Shown piece after piece: positions 1 to 10,500 of a stretch of DNA of 64,000 nt (position 1 is the first letter of the stretch; each line of letters begins with the position of its first letter). The notes beneath the pieces were generated by a model. It had not been told where the DNA came from and ran no database searches. It saw only the letters and a list, made by a program, of their open reading frames with translations. The DNA lies in the IMG/VR virus record IMGVR_UViG_3300045974_000132, positions 1 to 64,000 of that record; one strand, 5' to 3'. The translations under genes and the position numbers were made by a program.

Positions 1-3
1 GCA

Positions 4-3000
4 ATGCAACCTACTATTGCATTCTCGTTTGCTCTTAATCTTCCGATCAACATCGTGCAATACATTGTTCAAGCTAAGGACAAAGTCAGCCTTGCTTCTT
101 TGAACGTATGGGCATCTGTTTGGGCATCTGCTATGATGAAGCCACCCGGTATTAAGGGTACGGGCTTGCAGACAAACAAGATTCCGCGTTACGTGCTTAT
201 GCCTTCTGCTTCTAGCTACCTATCTAAGAAGCGTGAAGAACTCGGCTTGTACTCAGAGCCAGGCCGTTCAAACAAAGACGGTATATATATCACTGAGCGC
301 GGTAACATTTCTTATCTGCCTAAGCAAACAGAAGCAGTAGAAGAGAATGCCAAGGCTTATGAGAAAGTTCTTGAAGACAGCTTGGCTCTAAGCTATGAGG
401 CAGGTACTCCTCTCATTACTAGCCAAGAAGGTAGTGCTGGTTCGATCTTCGATCTAGCTAGTCCTGAGTATAAGAGTAAGATCAGAATGACCAAGAGCCA
501 GTTACATGGCTTCAAGGGTTGTATGCAGACTTACAATTGGGACTTGAATTGCATTATCACGACTTCTGTTGTCAGCCCTGATCGTTTTGTTAGCCAGAAG
601 CTTGTGGGATGCTCTATTCCTGATGAACTAAACCTTGCCAACTACATGAGGACAGACTTCATGAAGGGCATGTGCAACATGTTCTCAGACTCTACGATTA
701 AAGAGGGTGCAAAGCGCATCAAGCCTGAGCCGAAGCACTTTGCTGATCTGCCTTCTGCTATTACCGATAGTTCCTTGTTCCTTAACTTCTCTCAAGCTTA
801 CAACATGCTTGAGAAGCGCAAACTTGTTCCTGGCTTGAAGGAACTAATCGACCGTTCAATGGCATCTTTGAAGCTCAAGTCACTCCGTGATGAAGAAGTT
901 TCCATGTTTGAAATTGATCGCTTCGATAGCAACAAGACTATTTACGGTAACTTCTTAAAGCCCGATCTTGGCTTTAGCTTAGTCGGTGACTCTGATGCAA
1001 ACAATGCGTCATTGCTTCTACCTAATACAGGTAAGACAATTCTGCACTACTTAACGGTTGTTGCAAATGATGCTCGCGCTCTGGGTAGAAGCAACCTAGC
1101 TGCTTACTGCATCAAGGAGAACGTTGATCCTGCTGATACGGGTCGCTTCTTTGACTCACAGACTCATGCAATCCATGAGTTTGAAAACCTATTTAAGTAT
1201 GTAGGTGGTCAAATATTCCTGCAAGCAATGAAAGCTATTGTTGCCGTATCGTCTAAAGACCTTATGACTATCGGGGAAGAAACTGATCCCAATGATAAGA
1301 ACTCTTTCGCAGGCTTCTCTGCGCTACAGTCAGAAGTTGTTCCGTTCTGCTTGATGTTTAGCAAATACGTTACCGACTTGAAGGAAGCTATCTTCAAGAA
1401 GGCTGAAGAGATTGAAGATACAAACAAGCATCCTAAAGTCTCTGAAGAAGAGTTGAACATTGCAGGTAGTCGTGCCCCGACTGCTAATCGTCCGGGTATG
1501 CAGTTGTTCCCGCACCAAGCAGAGTGTTTGGCAATTCTAAAGAACCATCCTCGCTTTGCAGTGCTTGACATTGCACCAGGTGGCGGGAAATGCCTTGTTG
1601 GAGATAGCTTAGTACCTACTTCTGACGGTATTCTTTCCTTGAAGGAAGTATACGCTCGTTCAGACGTTTCTACTAATAAGCGTGGTTTCCAAGAGTATAT
1701 TACATCTGTTGTATCTCACGAAAATCGTGTAGAGAAAACCGACTTTGCTTACTCAACCGTCGGTATTACGCATAAAGTAAAACTATCTGACGGTACTGTG
1801 ACGCAGGGTTTGCCTGAACATAAGCTATGGGCAGTACCTCTTACGTCTAATGCCCCTGAATTTATTAGGTTGGATAACTTACGTAAAGGAGATTGGCTGC
1901 CCAAAGCTTTAGGTACTGAACTCTATCCTAAGAAGACCCCTATTCTGTCTTTCAATGGACAAAAACATACTCTTACAGAAGAATTAGCTGAGATTTTAGG
2001 CTGGCTAGTGGCAGAAGGTTATGTAGTAAAAGACCGTTGTCACTTTGAACAACATAGTCCTGAAATGATGGCCCGTTATATAAACAAAGCAGAAACTTTG
2101 TTTGGTACAGGCTCCGTAGTTATACGTAAAGGTACGACGACCTCGGCTAAATTCTCAGAGAAAGCTGTGTTTGAATTTGTTCGAGACCTTATGACTTTAG
2201 GAACTTCTGCTTTCAAGGAAGTACCTTTGTGCATTCGTACTGCACCTAAGAAGTATCAACAAGCTTTCTTAAGGTCTCTATTTGAGGGTGACGCTAGTAT
2301 CTATCATGGAAGTCAAGGTAGAAACCAGAGTCGTATTTGGAAGTTTGAGTATTGTACAATAAGTAAGACACTTGTGCACCATGTAAAAGCAATGCTTGAC
2401 AACATGGGTATTCTCACTAGCTTAAAAACAGGCAACGCGTACAAGTCTAATGGGCACGATCACGTTAAACGTGTATATCGCTTGTTTATTAATTGGAGAG
2501 CACTGCCTAAGCTTGCACAAGAAATTGGTTTCCTTAGCACTGCTAAAACGTCTTTGCTAGAAGAAGCTGTTAGTCATGTGGAGTTCGTTTCAACCTCTGC
2601 GCAGCAAACTACAAATACTAAAGTAGGTAGTGCAGAAAATCGTATACCTGGCTACGAGCTAGCAACCTTTGTTAATCTTCGTATTCGTGAAGTTCTTAGC
2701 ACATACACGTATGAAGTACCTAAAACAAAGAACGGCGCAGGGGGCAGGACAGAACCTTGGTCTATTATGAAAGTAATGCGTGATGCAGAGCTAGGCCGTA
2801 AGTCACTACCCGCTTCGTACGGAAATGATGCTACAAATAAATACTCAGTTGAGCGCCTTTTCCGTATAATCGAAGGGGTGCCCAAGGAAGCTAAGAAGGA
2901 GCTGCTTTCTGACTATTATGTTGCACAAGCTATTGATTCCTTAAAATACTTTGTAGCCAACACTTGGGTACAGGTTAAGTCTTCACGCAAAGCAAAAGAA

Positions 3001-6000
3001 GAGCAGGTATATGATATTAGTGTACCGGGCCCGCACTCCTACGTAGTTAATGGCATATATGGCCATAACACGACCTTAGGTATTGCTGACATTTCAATGA
3101 CGTATGCTGACGGATTGATTAAGCGTCCGTTTATCATCTGCCCTAACGGTCTTGTAGGTAACTGGGCTGAAGATATTCACAAGCACATGGAAGGACGTTG
3201 GAACGTAATCCCAGTAACTACTGAGACTTACGGGGCTTGGGGTGATGAACGCCTTACTGAAATGATTAAGAGTGCTCCTACGAATACAGTAGTTGTCGTA
3301 GGTAATAGCTTCTTAGGCAATCGTGGCAAGTTCCAACTGATCTTAGGTAATGCTGTAGAGAACGTTTCTGATTCACTAGAGTTCTGCAAGAAGTTCCATC
3401 CGGATTATATCTTTATTGATGAATCCCATCGGATGCGCAACCTAGGCTCTGGTATTCATAAGATCGTTAAGTCTATGATGCAGATTAGTAGCGTAAAGTA
3501 TGGTCGTATCGGTACAGGTACTTTCATTCAGAACGTTCTGTCGGATGCTGTCGGTCAAACTGCTCTTTACAATGCTCAAGTCTTCCGTACTAAGGAAGAG
3601 TTTGATGCAAGCAACAAGGCTATGATTTCATCTATCGGTGGAGAAGATGTGTATGACTACACACCTGATGCTCCTGCTAAGGTGAAACGTCGTTTAAGTG
3701 AGTTTGCAACAATCATTTCTTACAAGCGTAAGGAATGGGCGTTCATGCTTCCGCTGCCTGTAGAAACGTTTATCTCTGTATCGTTTGATGATGCAGAAGA
3801 CCCTGAAATGGGTCGTGCCCATCGTATGTTCTACGATGCTGTACTGAAACAAACTATGGAAGAACTGAAGACTGACAAGGTACTTCAGAAACTTCTAAAG
3901 GGTAGCTCAGAAGACGACGAAGATGACGATGCTGATGATACGCCTGAAGGTAGCACTCCTGATAGCAAGGATGGAAAAGATCGCACTGTAACCACTGCTG
4001 AAGGTACTAAGATTGACGTTACTGACGGTGATGATGACAGTGATAATCTTGATAAGCTCGAAGCTGCTTTAAATCCTTACTTGCAACGGCTTGAGCGCAT
4101 CCTAACGGATCCGTTAGGTGATGAAGACTTAGCAGAAGTTGCTAAAGAGTTCTTCGGAGAAGCAACCCGTGATACTTTCGTAACACCTAAAGTCTCTAAG
4201 GTAATCGAACGTATCAAGAAGAACTTTGAAAGCAATGAGTGGCGTAAGGGCATGGATATTAAGTCCTCTGACATTGTTGATTTCAATGGCAAATCTTATA
4301 TCTTCAAGTCTGAAGAGCCCATGGGCAAGACAAAGACCAAGTCTCTTATTGCCCCTGACGAAGATACCGAAAACTGGAAACCTCAGTCTAAGGGTAAGGT
4401 ACTAGTCTTCTGTCGCTTTACTCGATCTGTCGATGCTATCTATCGTGCACTGCCTGCTGATCTGAAGAAGCAAGCTGTTGTATTCCATGGTGAAGTCGAA
4501 GGTAACAAGTGGGAGAATCTCGAAGCGTTCAAGAATGATCCTAAGATCAATATTCTGATCGCAAATGAAATGGGTATCTCTGAAGGGCACAATCTTCAGA
4601 TGGCTTCACGCTTCATTCGTGTTGAATCTCCTTGGGCACCGGGTGAGCTTGACCAGTCTTCATCGCGTATCTTCCGCCCTGACGTATCAGGTAAGTATGA
4701 ACGTCAAACAATCTTCCTTGATTGGATTATTTGTGACGGTACGCTAGAAGTTGCGAAGATGGGCCGACTGATTTCTAAGATGCTGCGGAAAGCACAGTTC
4801 GATGAACTGGACAATCCTAAATATTACAAGAATCTCAATCCTTTGAACTTGCCTGTTATTAAGATGTCCCTTGACAACATCAAGACATTGAACAAGATGG
4901 CCGATCTTTGTGCTATTGCAGGCGTAGGGGATACGAAAGAGCCTAATTCCAGTAGCTACATTGGGCAGTACGGTTATCTAGTAGGTGAAATGGCTGAAGA
5001 GTTTCGTGAAATGAAGAAGACGAAACGTGCTTACATGATTGATGTTAAGCCTACTCCGATGCCTGATGATGCTAAGGTGATTGAGTTCACACCGTGGGTG
5101 CCTAATATGAAGGTGCCTGATCGTCATGATGAAGGTTTGCTATCGCTCAAGGGTGTTCTACAAGAAGAGGATCATCCTCTGACTATTGCATTCAAGAAAG
5201 ATAAGCGTGCCTTAAACGGTCAGTTTGTCCGATGTGAGTTCGGCTTAGGTACTATCATAGGGGTATCAACTTCAAAGAATTCTTCTAGTGACGAGGATGA
5301 AGATCCCGGAGTATCTGTTAGTAAAGTGAAGATCGAACTTTCTCAGGGTGGTAAGGTTGAATCTTTGTCTGCTTCAAAGGTATATCTGGCAACTAAGATT
5401 ACCGAAAAGACAAAGAGCTCCATGAATAAGAAAGCTCCGAAGATCACGAAAGAAGATAAGGAACGCACTTCTGGTAATGCTAAGAAGGCTGAAGTCGCGC
5501 TTACTCGTGCTGCTAAACGTGAGAAGGACTTTGTCAAGAAGGTGGCTGATGTTAAGCGTAAGCCTAAAGCTGTTGAAGAGCCTGAAGACGCTTCAGAAGA
5601 AACGATGGACATTTCGTTGTATCCTGTAATCTACAACGAATTCTTGGCGCTGGAAGCAGTACCGGAAGATGCCACTGTATCTCTGAAGCAATACGGCTTT
5701 ACGAAGTTTGGCAACTATGCTTGGCTACCTGTTAAGACTTATGCCAACTTTACGAAAGTGTTGGAGTATATTGAATCGAAATATACCCTAGCTCCTAAGA
5801 CGATTAAGCTCCTAGATAGCTTGCACGATAGCTTCAATAGTGGTCGAGGTCGTAAGTTTGCTGTTGAGCTTGCACCTACTTCAATGCTTCCGCAGTTCTA
5901 TCGTCTCCGTCACACAATGACTGTGATTAAGGACAAGCGTAAGCCTGATCTGAAACTATACCCTGTCATCTTGAATGGTAGCTTGCTGTTGGTTGTAGAT

Positions 6001-6231
6001 ATTGCAACCAATCCTGTAATTCGTAAGATCCTGAACAAGACTATTGTGGGTACTTCACCTGCAGTCAAGTTCCAAGAAGCTGACGGTCTTGAGATTGAGT
6101 TCTTTGATCGTAAGTCTAGCTTGGTTAATAAGGTCAAGGAACTTCGTCAAGCAGGCTTCAATGTTATCAACATTGAGGAGTTGAAAGAAGAAGTGGGCTC
6201 GCTTAATCTGAAGCAAGTTTCAACCAAGTAA
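4..6231 (+). CDS. SNF2/SWI2-type SF2 helicase-like ATPase precursor containing an intein; probably 5'-truncated because the frame is open to base 1
   Basis: Q-motif QLFPHQ, Walker A DIAPGGGK|T (split by intein), motif II IFIDESH, motif III GTGTFIQN, motif IV KVLVFCRF, motifs V/VI EGHNLQ...SPWAPGELDQSSSRIFR. Confidence 0.9.
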   Translation: MQPTIAFSFALNLPINIVQYIVQAKDKVSLASLNVWASVWASAMMKPPGIKGTGLQTNKIPRYVLMPSASSYLSKKREELGLYSEPGRSNKDGIYITERGNISYLPKQTEAVEENAKAYEKVLEDSLALSYEAGTPLITSQEGSAGSIFDLASPEYKSKIRMTKSQLHGFKGCMQTYNWDLNCIITTSVVSPDRFVSQKLVGCSIPDELNLANYMRTDFMKGMCNMFSDSTIKEGAKRIKPEPKHFADLPSAITDSSLFLNFSQAYNMLEKRKLVPGLKELIDRSMASLKLKSLRDEEVSMFEIDRFDSNKTIYGNFLKPDLGFSLVGDSDANNASLLLPNTGKTILHYLTVVANDARALGRSNLAAYCIKENVDPADTGRFFDSQTHAIHEFENLFKYVGGQIFLQAMKAIVAVSSKDLMTIGEETDPNDKNSFAGFSALQSEVVPFCLMFSKYVTDLKEAIFKKAEEIEDTNKHPKVSEEELNIAGSRAPTANRPGMQLFPHQAECLAILKNHPRFAVLDIAPGGGKCLVGDSLVPTSDGILSLKEVYARSDVSTNKRGFQEYITSVVSHENRVEKTDFAYSTVGITHKVKLSDGTVTQGLPEHKLWAVPLTSNAPEFIRLDNLRKGDWLPKALGTELYPKKTPILSFNGQKHTLTEELAEILGWLVAEGYVVKDRCHFEQHSPEMMARYINKAETLFGTGSVVIRKGTTTSAKFSEKAVFEFVRDLMTLGTSAFKEVPLCIRTAPKKYQQAFLRSLFEGDASIYHGSQGRNQSRIWKFEYCTISKTLVHHVKAMLDNMGILTSLKTGNAYKSNGHDHVKRVYRLFINWRALPKLAQEIGFLSTAKTSLLEEAVSHVEFVSTSAQQTTNTKVGSAENRIPGYELATFVNLRIREVLSTYTYEVPKTKNGAGGRTEPWSIMKVMRDAELGRKSLPASYGNDATNKYSVERLFRIIEGVPKEAKKELLSDYYVAQAIDSLKYFVANTWVQVKSSRKAKEEQVYDISVPGPHSYVVNGIYGHNTTLGIADISMTYADGLIKRPFIICPNGLVGNWAEDIHKHMEGRWNVIPVTTETYGAWGDERLTEMIKSAPTNTVVVVGNSFLGNRGKFQLILGNAVENVSDSLEFCKKFHPDYIFIDESHRMRNLGSGIHKIVKSMMQISSVKYGRIGTGTFIQNVLSDAVGQTALYNAQVFRTKEEFDASNKAMISSIGGEDVYDYTPDAPAKVKRRLSEFATIISYKRKEWAFMLPLPVETFISVSFDDAEDPEMGRAHRMFYDAVLKQTMEELKTDKVLQKLLKGSSEDDEDDDADDTPEGSTPDSKDGKDRTVTTAEGTKIDVTDGDDDSDNLDKLEAALNPYLQRLERILTDPLGDEDLAEVAKEFFGEATRDTFVTPKVSKVIERIKKNFESNEWRKGMDIKSSDIVDFNGKSYIFKSEEPMGKTKTKSLIAPDEDTENWKPQSKGKVLVFCRFTRSVDAIYRALPADLKKQAVVFHGEVEGNKWENLEAFKNDPKINILIANEMGISEGHNLQMASRFIRVESPWAPGELDQSSSRIFRPDVSGKYERQTIFLDWIICDGTLEVAKMGRLISKMLRKAQFDELDNPKYYKNLNPLNLPVIKMSLDNIKTLNKMADLCAIAGVGDTKEPNSSSYIGQYGYLVGEMAEEFREMKKTKRAYMIDVKPTPMPDDAKVIEFTPWVPNMKVPDRHDEGLLSLKGVLQEEDHPLTIAFKKDKRALNGQFVRCEFGLGTIIGVSTSKNSSSDEDEDPGVSVSKVKIELSQGGKVESLSASKVYLATKITEKTKSSMNKKAPKITKEDKERTSGNAKKAEVALTRAAKREKDFVKKVADVKRKPKAVEEPEDASEETMDISLYPVIYNEFLALEAVPEDATVSLKQYGFTKFGNYAWLPVKTYANFTKVLEYIESKYTLAPKTIKLLDSLHDSFNSGRGRKFAVELAPTSMLPQFYRLRHTMTVIKDKRKPDLKLYPVILNGSLLLVVDIATNPVIRKILNKTIVGTSPAVKFQEADGLEIEFFDRKSSLVNKVKELRQAGFNVINIEELKEEVGSLNLKQVSTK
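1591..3069 (+). mobile_element. Intein (493 aa) with LAGLIDADG homing endonuclease, inserted in the helicase P-loop
   Basis: N-terminal block CLVGDSLV, C-terminal VYDISV...YVVNGIYGHN followed by Thr as +1 nucleophile. LAGLIDADG-like LAEILGWLVAEG and FLRSLFEGDA, block H ISKTLVHHVKAMLDNMGI. Removal restores GGGKT. Confidence 0.93.
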
Positions 6232-6240
6232 TGTAGCAAA

Positions 6241-6269
6241 GGCAGAGGGGTAATTCCCTCTGTCTATTT
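6241..6269 (+). terminator. Probable intrinsic terminator hairpin
   Basis: GGCAGAGGG-gtaatt-CCCTCTGTC 9-bp stem followed by TATTT, just after the helicase stop. Confidence 0.6.
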
Positions 6270-6280
6270 AAGGATGCACT

Positions 6281-6532
6281 ATGAAAAAGATTTTAGGTAG
6301 TGACGAAGCAAAGCATCACGTTTGTTGTATGACGGATCGTAAGTGTGTAGGAACGGCCTGTATGGCGTGGATTCAAGAAACTATTAATGTTTCTACTCCC
6401 TCTCCGTCAACCACACTAACTGTTTCTAAGAAAAAGGGATCTTCAGCAAAAGCTGAAACTGTTCCTCTTTCTACAACTGTTCTTCAAGCAACCAATCGCG
6501 GATTCTGCGGTATGGTTTCTCACAAGGAGTAA
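6281..6532 (+). CDS. Small Cys-rich hypothetical protein (possible Zn-binding)
   Basis: 83 aa ORF with AAGGA RBS; HVCC..C..C..C.AW and C-terminal GFCG. Confidence 0.65.
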   Translation: MKKILGSDEAKHHVCCMTDRKCVGTACMAWIQETINVSTPSPSTTLTVSKKKGSSAKAETVPLSTTVLQATNRGFCGMVSHKE

Positions 6533-6537
6533 CTACA

Positions 6538-6885
6538 ATGCAAACAGGTAGCGAACAACTACGTCGTCAACAAGAGATAATGCGGGCCAAGGGCTTTTAC
6601 GGTGGTAAGCTTGATGGTATTTGGGGTCCGGCAACTGTTGATTCAAAGAAGAAGTGGGAAATGAGCGGCACGTTTGCCCCAGGCTTGCCGAATTTCGGTC
6701 TTCCGCTTTCTAACAAGGGCCCATATCCTAAAGGCGTCATTCTTGATAAAGCAACGGGCATGCTTACATGTACCGAGCTAGAACTTCAAAAGCAGAAGGA
6801 CGCGGATGCAGCGGCTGCTCAAGCTAAACAGGCCACTCTGAGTAAAGCTAAGCCCGTTGAAGATAGACCGTCGTCTGAGGAATAA
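6538..6885 (+). CDS. Peptidoglycan-binding (PG_binding_1-like) domain protein
   Basis: QQEIMRAKGFYGGKLDGIWGPAT matches the Q..L...G.Y.G..DG.(F/W)G..T signature; AAGGAG RBS. Confidence 0.7.
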   Translation: MQTGSEQLRRQQEIMRAKGFYGGKLDGIWGPATVDSKKKWEMSGTFAPGLPNFGLPLSNKGPYPKGVILDKATGMLTCTELELQKQKDADAAAAQAKQATLSKAKPVEDRPSSEE

Positions 6886-6944
6886 AAGAAGTAAACTGTA
6901 AAAGTCATACATAATATAGTAATACAATTGAAAGCGACTTTACT

Positions 6945-7562
6945 GTGAATCCTACATCCTTTATAGGTAGACGATTTCATAAACTAACCGTTCTAAAGTT
7001 TGTAGAACGCACTAAAGGGCATGATATTTATGAGTGCGTTTGCAAATGCGGAACAGTAAAAACAACAAGGCTCTCTTCCTTATTAACAGGTAATACGAAG
7101 AGTTGCGGATGTTTAGCAAAGCCGCACGGGCACCTGTCTGACTGCAAGGTATCTCCAGAGCATAGGACTTACCAAAATATGATGACACGCTGCTATAATC
7201 CTAACAGTGACCGCTACAAGGATTACGGTGCTCGTGGAATCACTGTATGCAAAAGACGGCATACCTTTAAAAATTTCTTAGCTGATATGGGACTTAAGCC
7301 CTTTCTTAGGGCTCAGATCGACAGAAAAGATAACGATAAAAATTATACAAAGTCTAACTGTCATTGGACTACCGCTAAAGAAAATAGTAGTAATAGACGC
7401 AATACACAATACGTAACATACAAAGGTGAAAAGAAAACTGTTGCTCAATGGGCTGAACATTTAGGTATTCCAAATAATGTCCTCCACGGACGTATTTGTA
7501 GATACGGGTGGCCCATCGTTCAAGCTTTTACTACACCTGTTGTACCAAGAAAGCGTCGCTAA
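6945..7562 (+). CDS. Free-standing HNH-family homing endonuclease
   Basis: KLTVL..YECVCKCG..TKSCGC N-terminus, RCYNPN...YKDYGARGITVC, IDRKDNDKNYTKSNCHW; GTG start; abuts the polymerase ATG. Confidence 0.85.
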   Translation: MNPTSFIGRRFHKLTVLKFVERTKGHDIYECVCKCGTVKTTRLSSLLTGNTKSCGCLAKPHGHLSDCKVSPEHRTYQNMMTRCYNPNSDRYKDYGARGITVCKRRHTFKNFLADMGLKPFLRAQIDRKDNDKNYTKSNCHWTTAKENSSNRRNTQYVTYKGEKKTVAQWAEHLGIPNNVLHGRICRYGWPIVQAFTTPVVPRKRR

Positions 7563-10500
7563 ATGAAACACACAAATTTTGATTATGACCTTACCCGTTT
7601 CGAGGCCGACGATGAATATTCATATGTGAAGTTGGCCTACGAGAATAACGGCGATAAGAAGGTGTTGTTTGTCCTCGACGTTATGCCTACGGAGGACCTG
7701 CACAGCGGTAAGCTACTCTCCGGGCAAACTGGAGACTTGTTGAACGTTCTCGTTGCAACAACTAGGCGTCTGTACGCAAAGCAGGCGCCTAGTTTTTCTT
7801 GGCTTGCTGTTACATTCAATGCGTTTCGTACCTTTGGTAAACCGTCTGAGTATCGCGCTCAGGCTGAACAAGCTTTCTCTGAACGTGTAAAGTGCCTTAT
7901 CACTAAGTACCAACCTGACTATGTAGTTGCGTTTGGTACTTCTGTTATGCAAGCTTTGTTGGAAGACAAGATTGTAACAGACGGTAAAGGTAAGACACGC
8001 TTCAGTTATTGGCTAGGTGTTCCTGTTAAGAAGGACATCAAGTATAAGAAGAAAGTACATACCACAACTATTGTTTCCACATTAAGCCTCAATGACATTG
8101 TACGCGGTGATGACGCGGAAGTGAGCTTGCTTGGCTATATGTGCCGCAACTTGTCTGCTGTATATGGGCGACACTATTGTGTTGACGTAGATCGCTTGCA
8201 CAACCATAAGACAATTATGGTCAATACGGTTGCAAAGTTTGACAAGCTTATGGCTGTACTACGTGAGAAGCCCTATGTCTCATGGGATACGGAAGCCAAG
8301 AATCTGCATAAGGTTACGAACAGACTTCTTACTGTCCAAGCTGCTTTTGATATAGATAAAGGGTATTTGATACCTATATATCACAAAGACACACCCTTCA
8401 CACCTGATGAACTCAATTACATTGTTGAGACATTGCAGGATTACTTTGAAGGTAATAATAACAATGATTACCACATCTATGTTAATGCAAAATTTGACTT
8501 AACGTTGATGCGGGCAGAGTGCGGTATCCGTTACTTTGCAAATGATGTATGGGACATTCTTGCAGGCGAGTTCATGCTTGACGAGAACCTTAAGTCTTTG
8601 ATGACAGTGCTTGGCGAGTATTACTATTCCTTGGGTAACTTGTCAGTGCAATACGGTTTCGATGGGTATATCACTGCTGAGTTTAGTAAGCAGCATAGAG
8701 CCAACTTTGAAGCAACAGACCTAAGTGATCCCGCTGTTCAACATTATTGCACCCTCGATGTGGTGGTCCCACTTTCGATCCATTTGCAACAGAAAGAACG
8801 TGCTAAGTATATCAAGTACGCCAAGTATGAACAGGTAGTACGTAATGAGGCTAGTGATACGATCCATGCTTTCTCTAAGATGGAATATACAGGTGCCGGT
8901 CTTGACGTACCTTACTTGTTCTATTTGAAGACTGTTGACTCTCCGATTGAGTTGGAGATTAAGAAGATGGCTGGAGCCCTTCTTAAAACAGATGCTGTTA
9001 AGAAGACCAACTTGCTCTTGTGCAAAGCACAAGGTATGCCTACAGGCAGCTTATTTACAGGCGTTGAAACAGTAGCAGCTTTCAAGCTTAACAAGCCTGA
9101 CCATAAGAAGAAACTATTCTTTGAAGTGCTTGGCTTAGAGCCGCTTGAGAAGGGTGCAGGCGGCGTAGGTAAGCTTGATAAAGGATTCCAGAAAGCGTAT
9201 GCTCACATACCGGAGGTAGCACAATACACTGCACTTGAGAAGGCAAAGAAACTCAAGAATGCGTATGTTAAGAGCTTCATCAACATGCTGGGTTCGAGCG
9301 AAGACCTTCAGAAGGATCATCGCATTCGTCCAAACTATGGCTATCTAGGCGTTGTAACACATCGCGGGTCAGCAAGCGATCCTAACTTGCAACAAGTCCC
9401 AGCACACTCTGCTTTGGGTAAACATATCAAGCGGTTGTTTGTTGCGCGTGAAGGTACTCTATATATCAAGGTCGACTATCGGGTACATGAAGTACGCGGT
9501 TGGGGTCTTATATCGTTTGACAAAGCGGTTGCTGCTGTATTTGCCGCAGCTAAGAAATTGCGTGATGAATATCGTTTGCATCCAACAGCGGAACTTGCGA
9601 AACGTTTGAAGACAGAAGCTGACGTTCACATTCAGAATGCCTCCTACTTCTTCAATGTCGCAATGGAGAAGGTTGATAAGCCTCTTCGTAATGCTGTTAA
9701 GGGTATCATCTTCGGTCTGATCTACGGCATGGGTATGAAGACGCTTGCTAAGAACATCGGGCAGACTGATGACTTCACTAAGACCCTTGTAGATAACTTT
9801 GCCAAACGCTTCCCTAAAGCTATGGCTTGGACGAAAAACGTCAAGAAGTTTGCAGCGGAGAATCTATTCGTAGAAGCACCGACTGGTATTAGACGTAATC
9901 TATTTGGTTATCTACTACCTAGTAGCTTTGAGAGCGCAGGCCAAATGGCCGCTCGTATGGATCGTCAAGCAGGTAATGCTCCGATTCAAGGTATGTGTTC
10001 TAAGTTCATGATGAATGGCATTCGTATTCTTGATTGGCTGATCTTTAAGGAAATCAAGAAGAACAAGAATTTCATGCTATTCATTACCAACTCAGTGCAT
10101 GACTCGCTAGAAAACGAAGCAGGCTATGCAAACTTCCTGAAGTCTCTTGCTATGATTGAATGGGCATTGACAGACGGAGTTAAGAATAAGGTCAAGAAAC
10201 GTTATGGCTTCGACCTAGTAAGCAATCTTGAAATCGACTTTGAAATTGGGGCAACTCTTTCTCAATGTGAAGGCTGGGACTTCAGTATTGCACAGCTTGA
10301 AACACTCGTAATGGATAGCTTGATCTTCCAACGTAATAAGCTTCAGCGCAATATTGTTCCTGACCGCATCATGAAGGTGATCTTCTCTGATCGTGCTGTT
10401 ACTGAAGATGCTCCGGAATGGATGCAGAAACAGATTAGCAACTTGAACTATTCCTTCGAGTTGACAGAGCGCAGTTACATCAAGCGCATGTTAGACGAGG

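Noticed and set aside
6886-6944. Imperfect inverted repeat GTAAAAGTC...GACTTTAC upstream of the HNH gene
   Set aside because: AT-rich and imperfect, within chance expectation; no clear -35/-10 pair.
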